Below, one piece after another: positions 39,886 through 49,699 of a stretch of 64,000 bases of DNA (positions within the stretch are counted from its first letter, which is position 1; every line of letters starts with the position of its first letter). The notes under the pieces are model-generated. The model worked only from the letters and a program-made list of their open reading frames with translations, searched no databases and was not told where the DNA came from. Made by a program: the position numbers and the translations under genes. The stretch comes from an uncultured Verrucomicrobiae bacterium (lineage in GTDB: Bacteria > Verrucomicrobiota > Verrucomicrobiia > Limisphaerales > Palsa-1400), in assembly GCA_963707025.1 (NCBI GenBank), contig CAVPOM010000016.1:1-64000 (forward strand), in the 5' to 3' direction.

Positions 39886-40818
39886 TCACTTGCCATTTCC
39901 CGGCCTGCTGCCGGGAAAGCTCGCGGGCGCGGGCGTCACGGGCGGCTCCGCCTTCTGCGGCGGCGGCAGATCGTTCGCCGAGACAACCCGCGCGCCCCCG
40001 GCCACCCTCACTCCGCCCTCCGCATCCGCGCGCAAGGCCGGCCGCTCGTTGGTGTATTGATAAGTTTGCCGTTCCAGAATCTGGCCCAGCGTGTCAATGA
40101 CGCAGTAGGTAAACGCCTTGGCGTCGGTCTGATGCAGAACATGCAAATTATTAAACCGGTCCAGCTTCACATCCGGCTCGCTGAAGGAGAAATAGGGGCC
40201 GAGGGAAACCAGCCGCAGAGTCCGGCCGCCCGAAACGTCGGTCAAGCGGACATAAAGACTCATGCCGCTCATGGTTTCCTTTTTCTCCAAATAATACCTG
40301 CGCGCCTCCGGCGGCTGGTTGCTCTGGCTTGGCAACAACTGGACGCCCACGGGCACGTCCGTGCCCGGAAGGTTCATCAGCCGGACGCCGCTAATGACCG
40401 TGAAAGTGGCCGGCTGCGCCGCAATCTCCTGCCCCCATTGCGCAATCTTGATCGCCGCTTTGACAGTATAGTGACCCGGCTGGCGGAAATCGAAATAAGG
40501 GGTTAAATTGAATTCCCGCGAGGCGGACAGCCCGGCCGGGACGTTGGTTTCGCCCTCAATATAGACGTGGTTGGTGCCGATGGGCGGCACCAGCGAGTTC
40601 TTCTCCCCCAGCACGGTAAAGGTGAGCCAATCGCTCCCCGTCCCCAGCTTGAGATCCTGCCCGGAACGATTTTGGATGGTCATTTTCACGAGCATCTTCT
40701 CGTCCGCCAGCACTTGATTGTCCGGGACGCTCAATTCCGCCGACACCGCAATAACCTGGGACCGGGCCAGCGGAAGAAAGCCAAGGAGAAGCGCCCACAA
40801 AAAAACGATCCTTTTCAT
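39886..40818 (-). CDS. Conserved exported protein
   Basis: Signal peptide MKRIVFLWALLLGFLPLARS; beta-rich mature region; promoter-like TTGCCG-17-TAAGGT just upstream. Confidence 0.75.
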   Translation of the reverse strand: MKRIVFLWALLLGFLPLARSQVIAVSAELSVPDNQVLADEKMLVKMTIQNRSGQDLKLGTGSDWLTFTVLGEKNSLVPPIGTNHVYIEGETNVPAGLSASREFNLTPYFDFRQPGHYTVKAAIKIAQWGQEIAAQPATFTVISGVRLMNLPGTDVPVGVQLLPSQSNQPPEARRYYLEKKETMSGMSLYVRLTDVSGGRTLRLVSLGPYFSFSEPDVKLDRFNNLHVLHQTDAKAFTYCVIDTLGQILERQTYQYTNERPALRADAEGGVRVAGGARVVSANDLPPPQKAEPPVTPAPASFPGSRPGNGK

Positions 40819-40928
40819 AAAATCCACCTTAACCCGCCGCGCCTTGGCCGGCAAGCTCCAAAAACCGCCCGCCCACTTGCCTTTTTTGGGCATCCCTCCT
40901 CCTGCAAAGCTCAATCCCATCCCGCCTT

Positions 40929-41918
40929 CTACGTTGTAAAATCAGCCAGGGGAATTCCCGCGATCCCTTCCAGCACCCGGATGGGCGCCCGCTCCGGGCG
41001 GATGACCACCCGCAGAGGAATGGTGAAGCCCTGCTCCAGCGTGCCTGCGGCGGACAACTCGGCGTGCGGCACCGCATCGGTCAGACAGATCCAGCTCGAG
41101 CCAGGCGGGAATTCCAGCCGGATTTTCTTGCTCTTCTCCTGCCAGTCCTTTTTCTCCTTCAAATGCTGCTCAAACCCAAGCATAAACCGGTCGTAGGCGG
41201 TCCATTCCGCGGCCTTCATCCCCAGCATCAACTTTAATTCGCGCACCAGCGGATGACTGCGCTGGCTGCCGCGCGCCGCGATCCGCCCCAGTCCCGCTTC
41301 CTGCGCGTACCGCTGTGCCAGCGCCTCAAAGCTCTCCGCGACCGCCCAAACCACCGGTTCCACCGGGTGAATGTTGGTAAAACATCGCAGGAGGCGCCGT
41401 CCCCGCGTCGGGCGGGTGGAAAAAGCGTCCAGATGGAGCAGGTCGTTGCGCCCCCGTTGCGGCTGGGCGCTTGTTCTCCCGTTCCACCGCAGGCTGGCAT
41501 GATCCAGCGTCCAATCCATCGCATACGGCGCTAGAATCCAGCCGAGCAACCTCGTCACTTCCGACGAGTAACGCCGCAGGATGCCATGCACGCGCCGGCC
41601 GGCGCTCTTGGACCCCATCGTCCCCTTCAGGGGGCCTTCCAGCGGATGATACGAAACCGCGCTCTCCTGTCGCAAGCCGGCCTTTCCCCATGTCAACAAA
41701 ATTTCCTGGTCCGCTTTGGCGAAATCAAAGGGGCTGCGCTCGAAGAACAGAATGCGCCCCTCCTCCAACTGTTCGCAGCATTGGCGGGCGCGCGGCAACG
41801 CCTCTGCCGGCGCCGCCCAGCCTTCCGGGTGCTGGTAATCGTCCACCCGTATCAGCACATCCTCTGCGGGCGGGCTGGGTTGGGCGCAGGCAGGTGGACC
41901 TTCGTGCATCGTGCTCAT
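40929..41918 (-). CDS. Kdo hydroxylase family protein (KdoO-like Fe/2OG dioxygenase)
   Basis: LEEGRILFF, LLHLDAFSTRPTRG.RLLRCFTNI, YDRFML, FPPGSSWI..TD.VPHA. Confidence 0.85.
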   Translation of the reverse strand: MSTMHEGPPACAQPSPPAEDVLIRVDDYQHPEGWAAPAEALPRARQCCEQLEEGRILFFERSPFDFAKADQEILLTWGKAGLRQESAVSYHPLEGPLKGTMGSKSAGRRVHGILRRYSSEVTRLLGWILAPYAMDWTLDHASLRWNGRTSAQPQRGRNDLLHLDAFSTRPTRGRRLLRCFTNIHPVEPVVWAVAESFEALAQRYAQEAGLGRIAARGSQRSHPLVRELKLMLGMKAAEWTAYDRFMLGFEQHLKEKKDWQEKSKKIRLEFPPGSSWICLTDAVPHAELSAAGTLEQGFTIPLRVVIRPERAPIRVLEGIAGIPLADFTT

Positions 41919-42660
41919 AAATGCCGGCTGGCGGTCAGCGATGGCGGCTCAGCCTGCCGCTTCCCCGGCCCCAAGTCAAGCCCTCCCCATTGCCGGTGGC
42001 AGCACCCTGATTTGTTGCTGAGCCAGGTCTGTGGCCCCAAATCGGCGCGCCGCGCCGGCGCTGCCGCCATCAATTTAATCTGTCCGGGGGACAGGCAGAC
42101 TTGAAAGGGGCTTCGTATCGCCGGAGAATTCCGGCGCGGAATTGCGCCGAATCGTCCGGGTTGGCCGGTGGGTCGGAATGGGCTGCCCCGGCGGCCTCAG
42201 AGGCAGCCTCCGGGATGGCCGGCGCAAGCCGGTTGCTTGACTGGGCGGCGGCAGAGTCAAGCTTGCCGCCCGCTTCGCGAGGAGAAGATGATTTGATCAA
42301 ATGTGCCATAGTCGCTCCTTCCACGTTCAGAACTTAGCCTCATTATTACCGTTGCTTCCAATGCGCCCGACAGGTTGTGCCAGGGGCGGAGCCGGTTCAT
42401 CACCCGATGCGGCTCCCGTGCGCCCGGCTTGGACGCGATGAGTCATTGATTTCCTGGGAAATCGGGTCTTGCAGCGACCATAAACAATGTCATTGGCAAG
42501 TCAAGCCTCAATTGCGGGCTGGTCGAACGAAAAGCCCTCCATCAGCAATCCTGGGACGGAAAACTCGCAGGGTTCGGGCCTGCCCGGGGCGCCCTTTTTC
42601 CCAAGGAAAGCGCGGCCCGCCAGAGGCCACGCGCCTCGGGCCGGGGGCGGACGGGGTGGT

Positions 42661-43404
42661 TTATGGTGGCGCGACGGCCTGGCCGGAGGTGAGGCTGAGG
42701 AAGACTTGTTCGAGGGTGCCATTGGCGCCGGCGCTGGCCTGGCGGCGCAGTTCGCCGGCCGTGCCCACCGCCACCAGACGGCCCTGATGCATGATGCCCA
42801 CCAGGTCGGCCATTTCCTCGGCGACGCTGAGTTGGTGGGTGGAAAGGAAAACCGTGCAACCCCGCCGGGTGCGCTCTTTGAGAACGTCCTTGACGACGCG
42901 GGCGTGCTGGGGGTCGAGGCCGATCATCGGTTCGTCAATAATAAAAACTTCCGGGTCGTGCAGGAGGGAGGCGACGATGGCCACCCGCTGGCGCGTGCCG
43001 TGGGACAGCCCGTCAATGGGTTTGCCGGCGTATTCGTCCAGATGGAAGCGCGGGATCAATTCCCGGGCCGCCTCCTCCAGGAGCGCCCCGCTCATTTGAA
43101 AAATCTGGCCGGTGAACCGGAAGAATTCCCACGGTGTCAGTTTCTCGTAGAGAAAGGGGAAGTCCGGCACGTAGGCCATGCGGCGGCGCGCTTCCAGCGG
43201 GTCGGTCTGGATGTCAAAGCCGGCCACGCGCGCGCTGCCGGAAGTCGGCTTGAGCAGCCCGGCCAGGACCCGGAGCAGGGTGGTCTTGCCGGCGGCGTTG
43301 GGGCCCAGGACGGCGAAGAACTGGCCACGGCCGACTTGGAGAGTCAGATCGGAGACGGCCACCAGGTCGCCAAATTTTTTGGTGAGATGGCGCAGTTCGA
43401 TCAT
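42661..43404 (-). CDS. ABC-2 type transporter ATP-binding protein
   Basis: MIELRHLTKKFG, GPNAAGKTT, LSHGTRQR, IDEPMIGLDP, STH. Confidence 0.92.
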   Translation of the reverse strand: MIELRHLTKKFGDLVAVSDLTLQVGRGQFFAVLGPNAAGKTTLLRVLAGLLKPTSGSARVAGFDIQTDPLEARRRMAYVPDFPFLYEKLTPWEFFRFTGQIFQMSGALLEEAARELIPRFHLDEYAGKPIDGLSHGTRQRVAIVASLLHDPEVFIIDEPMIGLDPQHARVVKDVLKERTRRGCTVFLSTHQLSVAEEMADLVGIMHQGRLVAVGTAGELRRQASAGANGTLEQVFLSLTSGQAVAPP

Positions 43405-44210
43405 CCGTTGCTGGCGGGACTGAGGGCCTGATTGCGCAGGGAAATTTTGCGGGGCAGGTCCACCCGCAGAATTTCGCCGACGGGGCTGACAAAAATTTCC
43501 ACCCGCTGCCCCAAAACGAAGGCGTCCAGCCGGTAAGCGCGCACGGTGGTGTCCCCGTACTTCATGTGGTCTTCGTGGGCCTCCCACTCAATGGTGCGAA
43601 CGGTCACGCCGGGCAGGCTTTGGTTCATGCCCAGGACGCCCAGGGCGAAGGTGCCGCCCACTTCTCCGAAGAGCGACTGGGGGTCGCGCAGTTCGGCGAA
43701 GGTCCAGGTCTTGTCCCAGGCGGTGTCGCCTTCGTTGACTTTGAGCATGATTTTTTCCTCCTTGGCCAGGGCGTGGACGTCCCAGGACTTGGGCGGCATG
43801 GAGGCGTGAAAGCGGAAATCCTGCCAGACCTTGTTGGTGTCCAGGGCGAAAGCAATTTGGAATTTGACGTGGTTGCTGTTTTTGTAGAGGAGGCGGCCCG
43901 CGAAACTCAAGGTGTAGCCGGTGAGCTTTTGCCCCAGCCCGTCCGGCCGGAATTCGGCCGCAAGGATTTTGCTGCTGATCAGGGGCGAATCGGCCAGGCC
44001 CGCCGTCCAACTGCCCGAACCGGTCTTGACTTCGTGATCGTAGATGTCCAGGCGGGAATTGTCCGGGGCGGTCAGGATCTTATCCCAGACGGCTTCGGCC
44101 GGCAGGGCGCTGCCAAAGGCGCTGTGCCCGCCGAACTGGGACTGCCAGAGCAAATAGTTCATGGACAGCCAGAAGACGGTCACTCCCAAAAAGAAGAGGC
44201 GCGGGCGCAT
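43401..44210 (-). CDS. Hypothetical membrane-anchored exported protein
   Basis: N-terminal TM; start/stop overlaps with both neighbours. Confidence 0.75.
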   Translation of the reverse strand: MRPRLFFLGVTVFWLSMNYLLWQSQFGGHSAFGSALPAEAVWDKILTAPDNSRLDIYDHEVKTGSGSWTAGLADSPLISSKILAAEFRPDGLGQKLTGYTLSFAGRLLYKNSNHVKFQIAFALDTNKVWQDFRFHASMPPKSWDVHALAKEEKIMLKVNEGDTAWDKTWTFAELRDPQSLFGEVGGTFALGVLGMNQSLPGVTVRTIEWEAHEDHMKYGDTTVRAYRLDAFVLGQRVEIFVSPVGEILRVDLPRKISLRNQALSPASNG

Positions 44211-44998
44211 CAGGGCAAATTCAAATTCTGGCCGATGCGCAGATGGGTGGGGCTGATATTGGGATTGGCGGCCAGGACGGCGCTGGGTTTGAGCCCGTAA
44301 CGGGCCGCCACCGAGTAAATGCTGTCTTTGGGCTGGATGACGTAGGTGCGGGGATGGGCGGCCTCCGTGGCCGGCGGATTGGTGAAGGCGGATTGCGGAT
44401 TGGCCGACGCGGCCTGATTTGGATTAGGATTAAGACCAGGATTCGGAACGGGATTGCCGGCTAAAGGGCGGATGGGCTGGGCGGGCGCGGTCCCGGGAGC
44501 GGGGAGCGGGGCAACGCCGGCGCCGGGGTGATTTCTGGCTTCATCCAATTGCCGTTTGAGGAGGCGGTTTTCTTCGGTCAGGGCATAGACTTCGCGCTGC
44601 AGATTCTGGCTGTTGGGCAGGGGGAACTCCGTGCCGGCCAGCTCCAGTTTGCAGCCGCGGATGCGTTCGCGCACCAGCGGCGCGCGCGCGGAATCGGGGA
44701 CCAGGAGGAGGAGCCGTTCGTAGTGGTAGATGGCGGCGGCGTAGTTGTTGAGGTTGTTGTCGTAAAGGCAGCCCAATTCAAAATGGGCCGCCGCCGAACG
44801 CGGGTTGGTTTCCAGCGCCTTTTCAAACTCGTCCGCGGCCGCTTTGAACTCGTGGCTGTTGACCAGGTCCCGCCCGCGTTGGAAGTGCGGGTCCCGTTCC
44901 TCGTCCTGATGATTGTCGTTCCCCGGGAAACAACCGCACACTCCCGCCGCCACCAACATGAAAACGGCGCAGAAAAAAATAGGCCGCAAACATTTCAT
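44210..44998 (-). CDS. TPR + LysM domain lipoprotein
   Basis: Lipobox VCGC, TPR AADEFEKALETNPRSAAAHFELG, LysM YVIQPKDSIYSVAARYG...LRIGQNLNLP. Confidence 0.88.
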   Translation of the reverse strand: MKCLRPIFFCAVFMLVAAGVCGCFPGNDNHQDEERDPHFQRGRDLVNSHEFKAAADEFEKALETNPRSAAAHFELGCLYDNNLNNYAAAIYHYERLLLLVPDSARAPLVRERIRGCKLELAGTEFPLPNSQNLQREVYALTEENRLLKRQLDEARNHPGAGVAPLPAPGTAPAQPIRPLAGNPVPNPGLNPNPNQAASANPQSAFTNPPATEAAHPRTYVIQPKDSIYSVAARYGLKPSAVLAANPNISPTHLRIGQNLNLP

Positions 44999-45128
44999 GG
45001 GCCGCATCATAAACGATCCGGGGCCAAAGGTCAAAGCTTCCTTGACATCCCCAATCTCCGCCCAACGCGGGCGCTTGAACTCCCCGGCGATGCGACGGTT
45101 TCAGGCCGGGCGCGCATCTCACTTTTTA

Positions 45129-45220
45129 TACCATTTCCAGTTTGCTGTGGCACTGTAGCGGCGGTCTGCGACCGCCGCCAATCGCTTTGCCAACAGTGCA
45201 GTTACGAACTGGAAGACGTA
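45129..45220. mobile_element. 92-bp MITE carrying a REP hairpin (copy 1)
   Basis: Ends taccatttccagtt / aactggaagacgta, flanked by TTA..TTA; second copy at 60275-60366. Confidence 0.75.
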
Positions 45221-45340
45221 TTAGACAGTTCCCAGGCAGGGACGCCGCACGGCGGCCCTGCCCAAAAAACAGCCCAAAAAAGCTCTTGCGCGGCAAGCGG
45301 CCGCAGCCTATATTTTCCGTTCTTTTGAAAAAACTGATTT

Positions 45341-45550
45341 ATGCGACGACCCAGAGGCATTAAAACGAAAAAGTCGGTGGCCAAGCGATTCAAAATCACC
45401 GGCACCGGCAAGGTCATGCGCATGCGCGCCGGCAAACGGCACTTGCTCCAAACCAAAAACCCCAAGCGCCGGCGCAATCTGGGCACGTCCAAACAGGTGG
45501 ACCCGACGGATGCTTACCGGGTTTTGCAGAATCTGCCTTTCAGTCATTGA
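45341..45550 (+). CDS. rpmI: 50S ribosomal protein L35
   Basis: KTKKSVAKRFKITGTGKV..MRAGKRHLL. Confidence 0.96.
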   Translation: MRRPRGIKTKKSVAKRFKITGTGKVMRMRAGKRHLLQTKNPKRRRNLGTSKQVDPTDAYRVLQNLPFSH

Positions 45551-45583
45551 CCGGGCCGCTCCACCCTTTTCCCCCGACTTAAC

Positions 45584-45970
45584 ATGCGTGTCACCAATTC
45601 TCCCGCCTCCCGCAAGCGCCGCATGCGGACCATCAAAGCCGCCAAGGGCTTTCGTCTCAAGCGCTCCAAACTTTACCGCTACGCCTCCGATGCGCTCGAC
45701 CACGGCCTGCAATACGCCTACCGCGACCGCAAAACCAAGAAGCGCAATTACCGGGCTTTGTGGCAGGTGCGCATCAACGCCGCGGCCCGCGCCGCGGGCA
45801 CCACTTACAGCCGTTTCATGGAGGGGCTCAAGGCGGCCCAGTGCGCCCTGGATCGCAAGGTGCTGGCGGATCTGGCCGCCACGGACAGCGCCGCCTTCGG
45901 CGAATTGGTGCAACTGTCGCAAAAGTCCCTGGCGGCCAAGGCGGCGGCGCGCCTGCCGGCCAAAACTTGA
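45584..45970 (+). CDS. rplT: 50S ribosomal protein L20
   Basis: AKGF, YAYRDRK.KKR.YR.LW..RINAA, YSRFM, LDRKVLADLA. Confidence 0.96.
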   Translation: MRVTNSPASRKRRMRTIKAAKGFRLKRSKLYRYASDALDHGLQYAYRDRKTKKRNYRALWQVRINAAARAAGTTYSRFMEGLKAAQCALDRKVLADLAATDSAAFGELVQLSQKSLAAKAAARLPAKT

Positions 45971-46019
45971 ATTGTGAAAAGTGGCCGCACAGCTCCGCCC
46001 GGTCCGATGGGTTTGCCTT

Positions 46020-47024
46020 ATGCCTCTGCTCGATGACATCGCACCCCTGAAGGAGGCGGCCCTGGCCGAGTTGACGGCCGCGACCGACCTGGCCGGCCTG
46101 GAGCAGGCCAAGGGGACCTGGCTGGGACCGCATGGGAAATTTACCGCGCTGATGAAGCAATTGGCCGCCCTGCCCAGGGAGGAACGTCCCGCCGCGGGCA
46201 AGTCGTTCAACCAAACCAAGGCGGCCTTGGAAGCGGTTGTAACCCAGCGCCGCGGCGACCTGGAACTCCAGGCCGCCCTGCCCAGGGAACAAACCGATTT
46301 TACCCTGCCGGGACGCCGCCGCCCGCTGGGCAAGCTTCATCCCCTGACCCAGGTTACCGAAGAGATCGTGCGCAGTTTTCGCAAGCTCGGTTTTGCCGTG
46401 GCCGACGGGCCGGAGGTGGAGACCGACTATTATTGCTTCGACGCGCTGAACACGCCGGAGGATCATCCGGCGCGCGCGGAGCAGGACACCTTTTATTTGC
46501 ACGGCACCGACGGCCAACTGCTGCGCACCCACACCTCCTCGGTGCAAATCCGCGCCATGAAAAAGCAGGCCCCGCCGGTGCGCATCATTGCGCCGGGCCG
46601 GGTCTATCGCCGCGACACCCCCGACGCCACCCACAATCCGACCTTCCACCAGATCGAGGGATTGTACGTGGACCGCGGGGTGACGGCAGGGGATTTGAAA
46701 GGAACGGTGGAGTTTGTTTTCCGGCAATTGCTGGGGGCGGAGACGAATATCCGTTTTCGTCCGCACTATTTTTCCTACACCGAGCCGAGCTTTGAAATTG
46801 ATTTTTCCAACACGCTGACCAAAAAGATGGGCCGGGAATGGCTGGAAATCGCCGGCTGCGGCATGGTCCATCCCCAGGTTTTTGAGAACGTGGGCTACGA
46901 TCCGGAGATTTGGACCGGATGGGCCTTCGGCTTTGGCATCGAGCGGGTGGCCATGATTCGTTACGGCATCCCCGACATCCGCCTGTTTTACGAAAACGAT
47001 GTCCGATTCCTGCGCCAATTTTAA
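46020..47024 (+). CDS. pheS: Phenylalanine-tRNA ligase alpha subunit
   Basis: HPARAEQDTFY, LLRTHTS, FHQIEG, FRPHYFSYTEPS, GCGMVHP, AFGFGIER. Confidence 0.97.
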   Translation: MPLLDDIAPLKEAALAELTAATDLAGLEQAKGTWLGPHGKFTALMKQLAALPREERPAAGKSFNQTKAALEAVVTQRRGDLELQAALPREQTDFTLPGRRRPLGKLHPLTQVTEEIVRSFRKLGFAVADGPEVETDYYCFDALNTPEDHPARAEQDTFYLHGTDGQLLRTHTSSVQIRAMKKQAPPVRIIAPGRVYRRDTPDATHNPTFHQIEGLYVDRGVTAGDLKGTVEFVFRQLLGAETNIRFRPHYFSYTEPSFEIDFSNTLTKKMGREWLEIAGCGMVHPQVFENVGYDPEIWTGWAFGFGIERVAMIRYGIPDIRLFYENDVRFLRQF

Positions 47025-47094
47025 AACGGGCCCGCCCCGTTTTGTCTTGCCACCGGCAGGCAAAAAGGCGAAAAAATATACCGATCAATTTCAC

Positions 47095-47475
47095 ATGGCC
47101 GAAAAAGCAAAAATTCTCGTGGTCGAAGACGAACCCAGCCTGCGCCTGCTGGTGCGCAAAGTGCTGGAACGAAGCGGCTTCGAGGTGCTGGAGGCCGCCT
47201 CCGGCATGTCCGCCATGCAATTATGGGACAAGGACAAGCCCCATATTGATCTGCTCCTGACCGACATGGTGATGCCCGACGGGATGAGCGGACGCCAATT
47301 GGCCGATCGCCTCAAGGCCGACAACCCGGGCTTGAAAGTCCTTTACACTTCGGGCTACAGCACCGAGTTGCTGGGCAAGGACCTGGCCTTGCAGGAGGGG
47401 ACCAATTTCCTGCAAAAACCTTATCCGCCATCCAAGCTGGTCCAAACCGTCCGCACCGCCCTGGGCTTGGATTGA
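47095..47475 (+). CDS. Single-domain response regulator
   Basis: ILVVEDE, LLLTDMVMP, YTSGYS, FLQKPY; very similar to the REC domain of the kinase at 30032. Confidence 0.9.
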   Translation: MAEKAKILVVEDEPSLRLLVRKVLERSGFEVLEAASGMSAMQLWDKDKPHIDLLLTDMVMPDGMSGRQLADRLKADNPGLKVLYTSGYSTELLGKDLALQEGTNFLQKPYPPSKLVQTVRTALGLD

Positions 47476-47508
47476 CCCGGCGCCGCCCGCGTGGGCATAA
47501 ATCCCGGG

Positions 47509-48153
47509 TCAAGGCGACAAACGTTCAATTCTCCACCCGCCCGCCGCCTGGCGGGTGTAACAGAAGCGGTCGTGCAGGCGGTCGGGGCGGCCCTGCCAGA
47601 ATTCGATGGTGGCGGGGGTGATGACGTAGCCGCCCCAGCAGGGCGGGCAGGGAACCGGGCCGCCGGAAAATTTCTTCTTTACTTGGGCCAGTTCCTTTTC
47701 CAAGTCGGCCCTCCGGGCCACCGCCTCGCTTTGCGGCGAGGCCCAGGCCGTCCACTGGCTGCCCTCGTGACGCTTCTGAAAATAGGCTTCCGATTCTTCC
47801 CGCGGCACTTTGGCGGCGGCCCCGCAGATGCTGACCTGCCGTTCCAGTTCGCGCCAATAAACCAGCAGGGCGACGCGCGGGTTGGCCTCCAATTCGCGCC
47901 CCTTGCGGCTCTGGCAATTGGTGAAGAACAGGAAGCCGCGCGCATCCACGCCCTTGAGCAGGACAATGCGGGCCGAGGGCTGGCCTTCTGGGCCGACGGT
48001 GGCCAGGGACATGGCGCTGGGTTCCAGCACCTGCGCGCGAATGGCTTCGTCGAACCACAATTCAAACTGTTGGATGGGGTCCGGCGCCAAATCGGTGCGG
48101 CGCAAGCCCGCCAGCGCGTATTCGCGTCTAAGATCGTCAAGTGAGGCTCTCAT
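47509..48153 (-). CDS. pdxH: Pyridoxamine 5'-phosphate oxidase
   Basis: LRREY, PSARIVLLK, SRKG, EFWQGRPDRLHDR, ERLSP. Confidence 0.95.
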   Translation of the reverse strand: MRASLDDLRREYALAGLRRTDLAPDPIQQFELWFDEAIRAQVLEPSAMSLATVGPEGQPSARIVLLKGVDARGFLFFTNCQSRKGRELEANPRVALLVYWRELERQVSICGAAAKVPREESEAYFQKRHEGSQWTAWASPQSEAVARRADLEKELAQVKKKFSGGPVPCPPCWGGYVITPATIEFWQGRPDRLHDRFCYTRQAAGGWRIERLSP

Positions 48154-48449
48154 TTGGTTTTAACCATTCTTATCAACAAATCTGCCCATAAATTACCCTA
48201 ATAATCGTCCGCCGTCAAGGCCGGCGGTGCTCTTATCCGTTGGCGGCGCCCCAAAAAAGGCTGCCGCGCCGCCGCCGCGGGCGCATCCCGGGTTTTGGCA
48301 GGGTCGCGGCGCTGCGCCGGCCTTGATCCCGATTCCGAATCGGGACGGCGTTCCTGCCTGAGAATTGTCCAAAAAGTGAGATGCGCGCCGCCGCCGCCTC
48401 TGCCGCAAAATAGGGTTGCCAGCGCGCCGGTTTTGCCCATCCTTGCGGC

Positions 48450-49298
48450 GTGCGCTTTGTTTGCAAAGTCAACGCCATGCAGCGGCTGGGGCGGCAGTGG
48501 CAACAGGCCGGAAAAACGGTGGTCCTGGTGCCGACCATGGGGTCTTTGCATCGCGGCCATGTCCGCTTGATCGAGCGGGCGCGGCAATGGGCGGGACGCA
48601 AGGGCCGCGTGGTGGTCAGTCTTTATGTCAATCCGGCGCAATTCGGGCCCCAGGAGGATTTTGCCGCCTATCCCCGCGATCTGCAAGGCGATCAGCGTCT
48701 CTGCCGCGCGGCCGGGGTGGATGTCCTTTTTGCGCCGGAGAACGCGGAGATGTACCCGCCCGGTTTCAGCACGGCCGTGCAGGAGGAGAAGCTGGCGGGC
48801 GGAATGGAGGGGGCGGCGCGACCGGGACATTTCCGCGGGGTGACGACGATCGTGGCCAAGCTGTTCAACGTCGTGTTGCCGGCGGCGGCGGTCTTCGGCG
48901 CGAAGGACTTTCAGCAGGCGGCGGTGATCCGGCGCATGACGCGGGACTTGAGTTTTCCGGTGAAGATTGTGGTCGCGCCGACGGTGCGCGAGGCGGACGG
49001 GCTGGCGCTGAGTTCGCGCAACCAATATCTTTCGCCCGCGCAACGGGAGCAGGCCTCGGTGCTGTGGCGGGCCATCCAGCGCGCGCAAGAGACGGTGGCC
49101 CGGCGGCCGGTGGCGGCGGCGCGGTTGAAACGGGAAACGGCCCGCCTGGTCGCGGTGCAGGCCGGGGCGCGCCTGGATTATGTCGAGTTCTTCGACCCGG
49201 AAACCCTGCAGCCCGTCAAGAAAGCCAGGCCCGGCACGCACATGGCCCTGGCCGTTTTTGTGGGCCGGACCCGTTTAATTGACAACGGGCGGCTCTAA
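48450..49298 (+). CDS. panC: Pantoate-beta-alanine ligase
   Basis: VPTMGSLHRGH, VNPAQF, RPGHFRGV, GAKDFQQ, GLALSSRN, RLIDN. Confidence 0.96.
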   Translation: MRFVCKVNAMQRLGRQWQQAGKTVVLVPTMGSLHRGHVRLIERARQWAGRKGRVVVSLYVNPAQFGPQEDFAAYPRDLQGDQRLCRAAGVDVLFAPENAEMYPPGFSTAVQEEKLAGGMEGAARPGHFRGVTTIVAKLFNVVLPAAAVFGAKDFQQAAVIRRMTRDLSFPVKIVVAPTVREADGLALSSRNQYLSPAQREQASVLWRAIQRAQETVARRPVAAARLKRETARLVAVQAGARLDYVEFFDPETLQPVKKARPGTHMALAVFVGRTRLIDNGRL

Positions 49299-49699
49299 TC
49301 CGCCGCGCCCGCAGCTCAGTCGGCTTGCTAAAGCAGGAAGGCCGGGCTGGCTTGTTGCCCCGCGTTGTCCCGCTGCAAGCCCTGCGAGTGTGGAAGGCGG
49401 AGCTTCCGCCGTCACAATGACCATGGCGGACAAGACGGGGGGCAGGCTGTCCCCAACCTTTGCCGCGCGCGTTTCAGGGAAAATCCTTTAATGAACTGGA
49501 GGATAGAGACCAAACGCTGCTTCAACTTCGCGGATGCGCTGACGGCGCGGGTGATTCAGGTTAAGTGCTTCTACAGTGGCGCGGCCCTCAGCAGTCAATC
49601 CTTTGATTTGATAGCCGCAAAACCGGAAGTGTTCTGACCAGAGTTGCAGCACGGGATGAAATAACCGAACATGCCCGCCAGTCACCGGATCTGGCGCCC

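Noticed and set aside
42070..42324. 84-aa ORF upstream of the Kdo hydroxylase and the palindrome gatttcc-tg-ggaaatc at 42448-42463
   Set aside because: Low-complexity ORF without motifs and a single short palindrome; cannot be supported from sequence alone.
45341..47024. Absence of infC and pheT around rpmI-rplT-pheS as a novelty
   Set aside because: Splitting of this cluster is an ordinary rearrangement; the genes may lie elsewhere in the genome.
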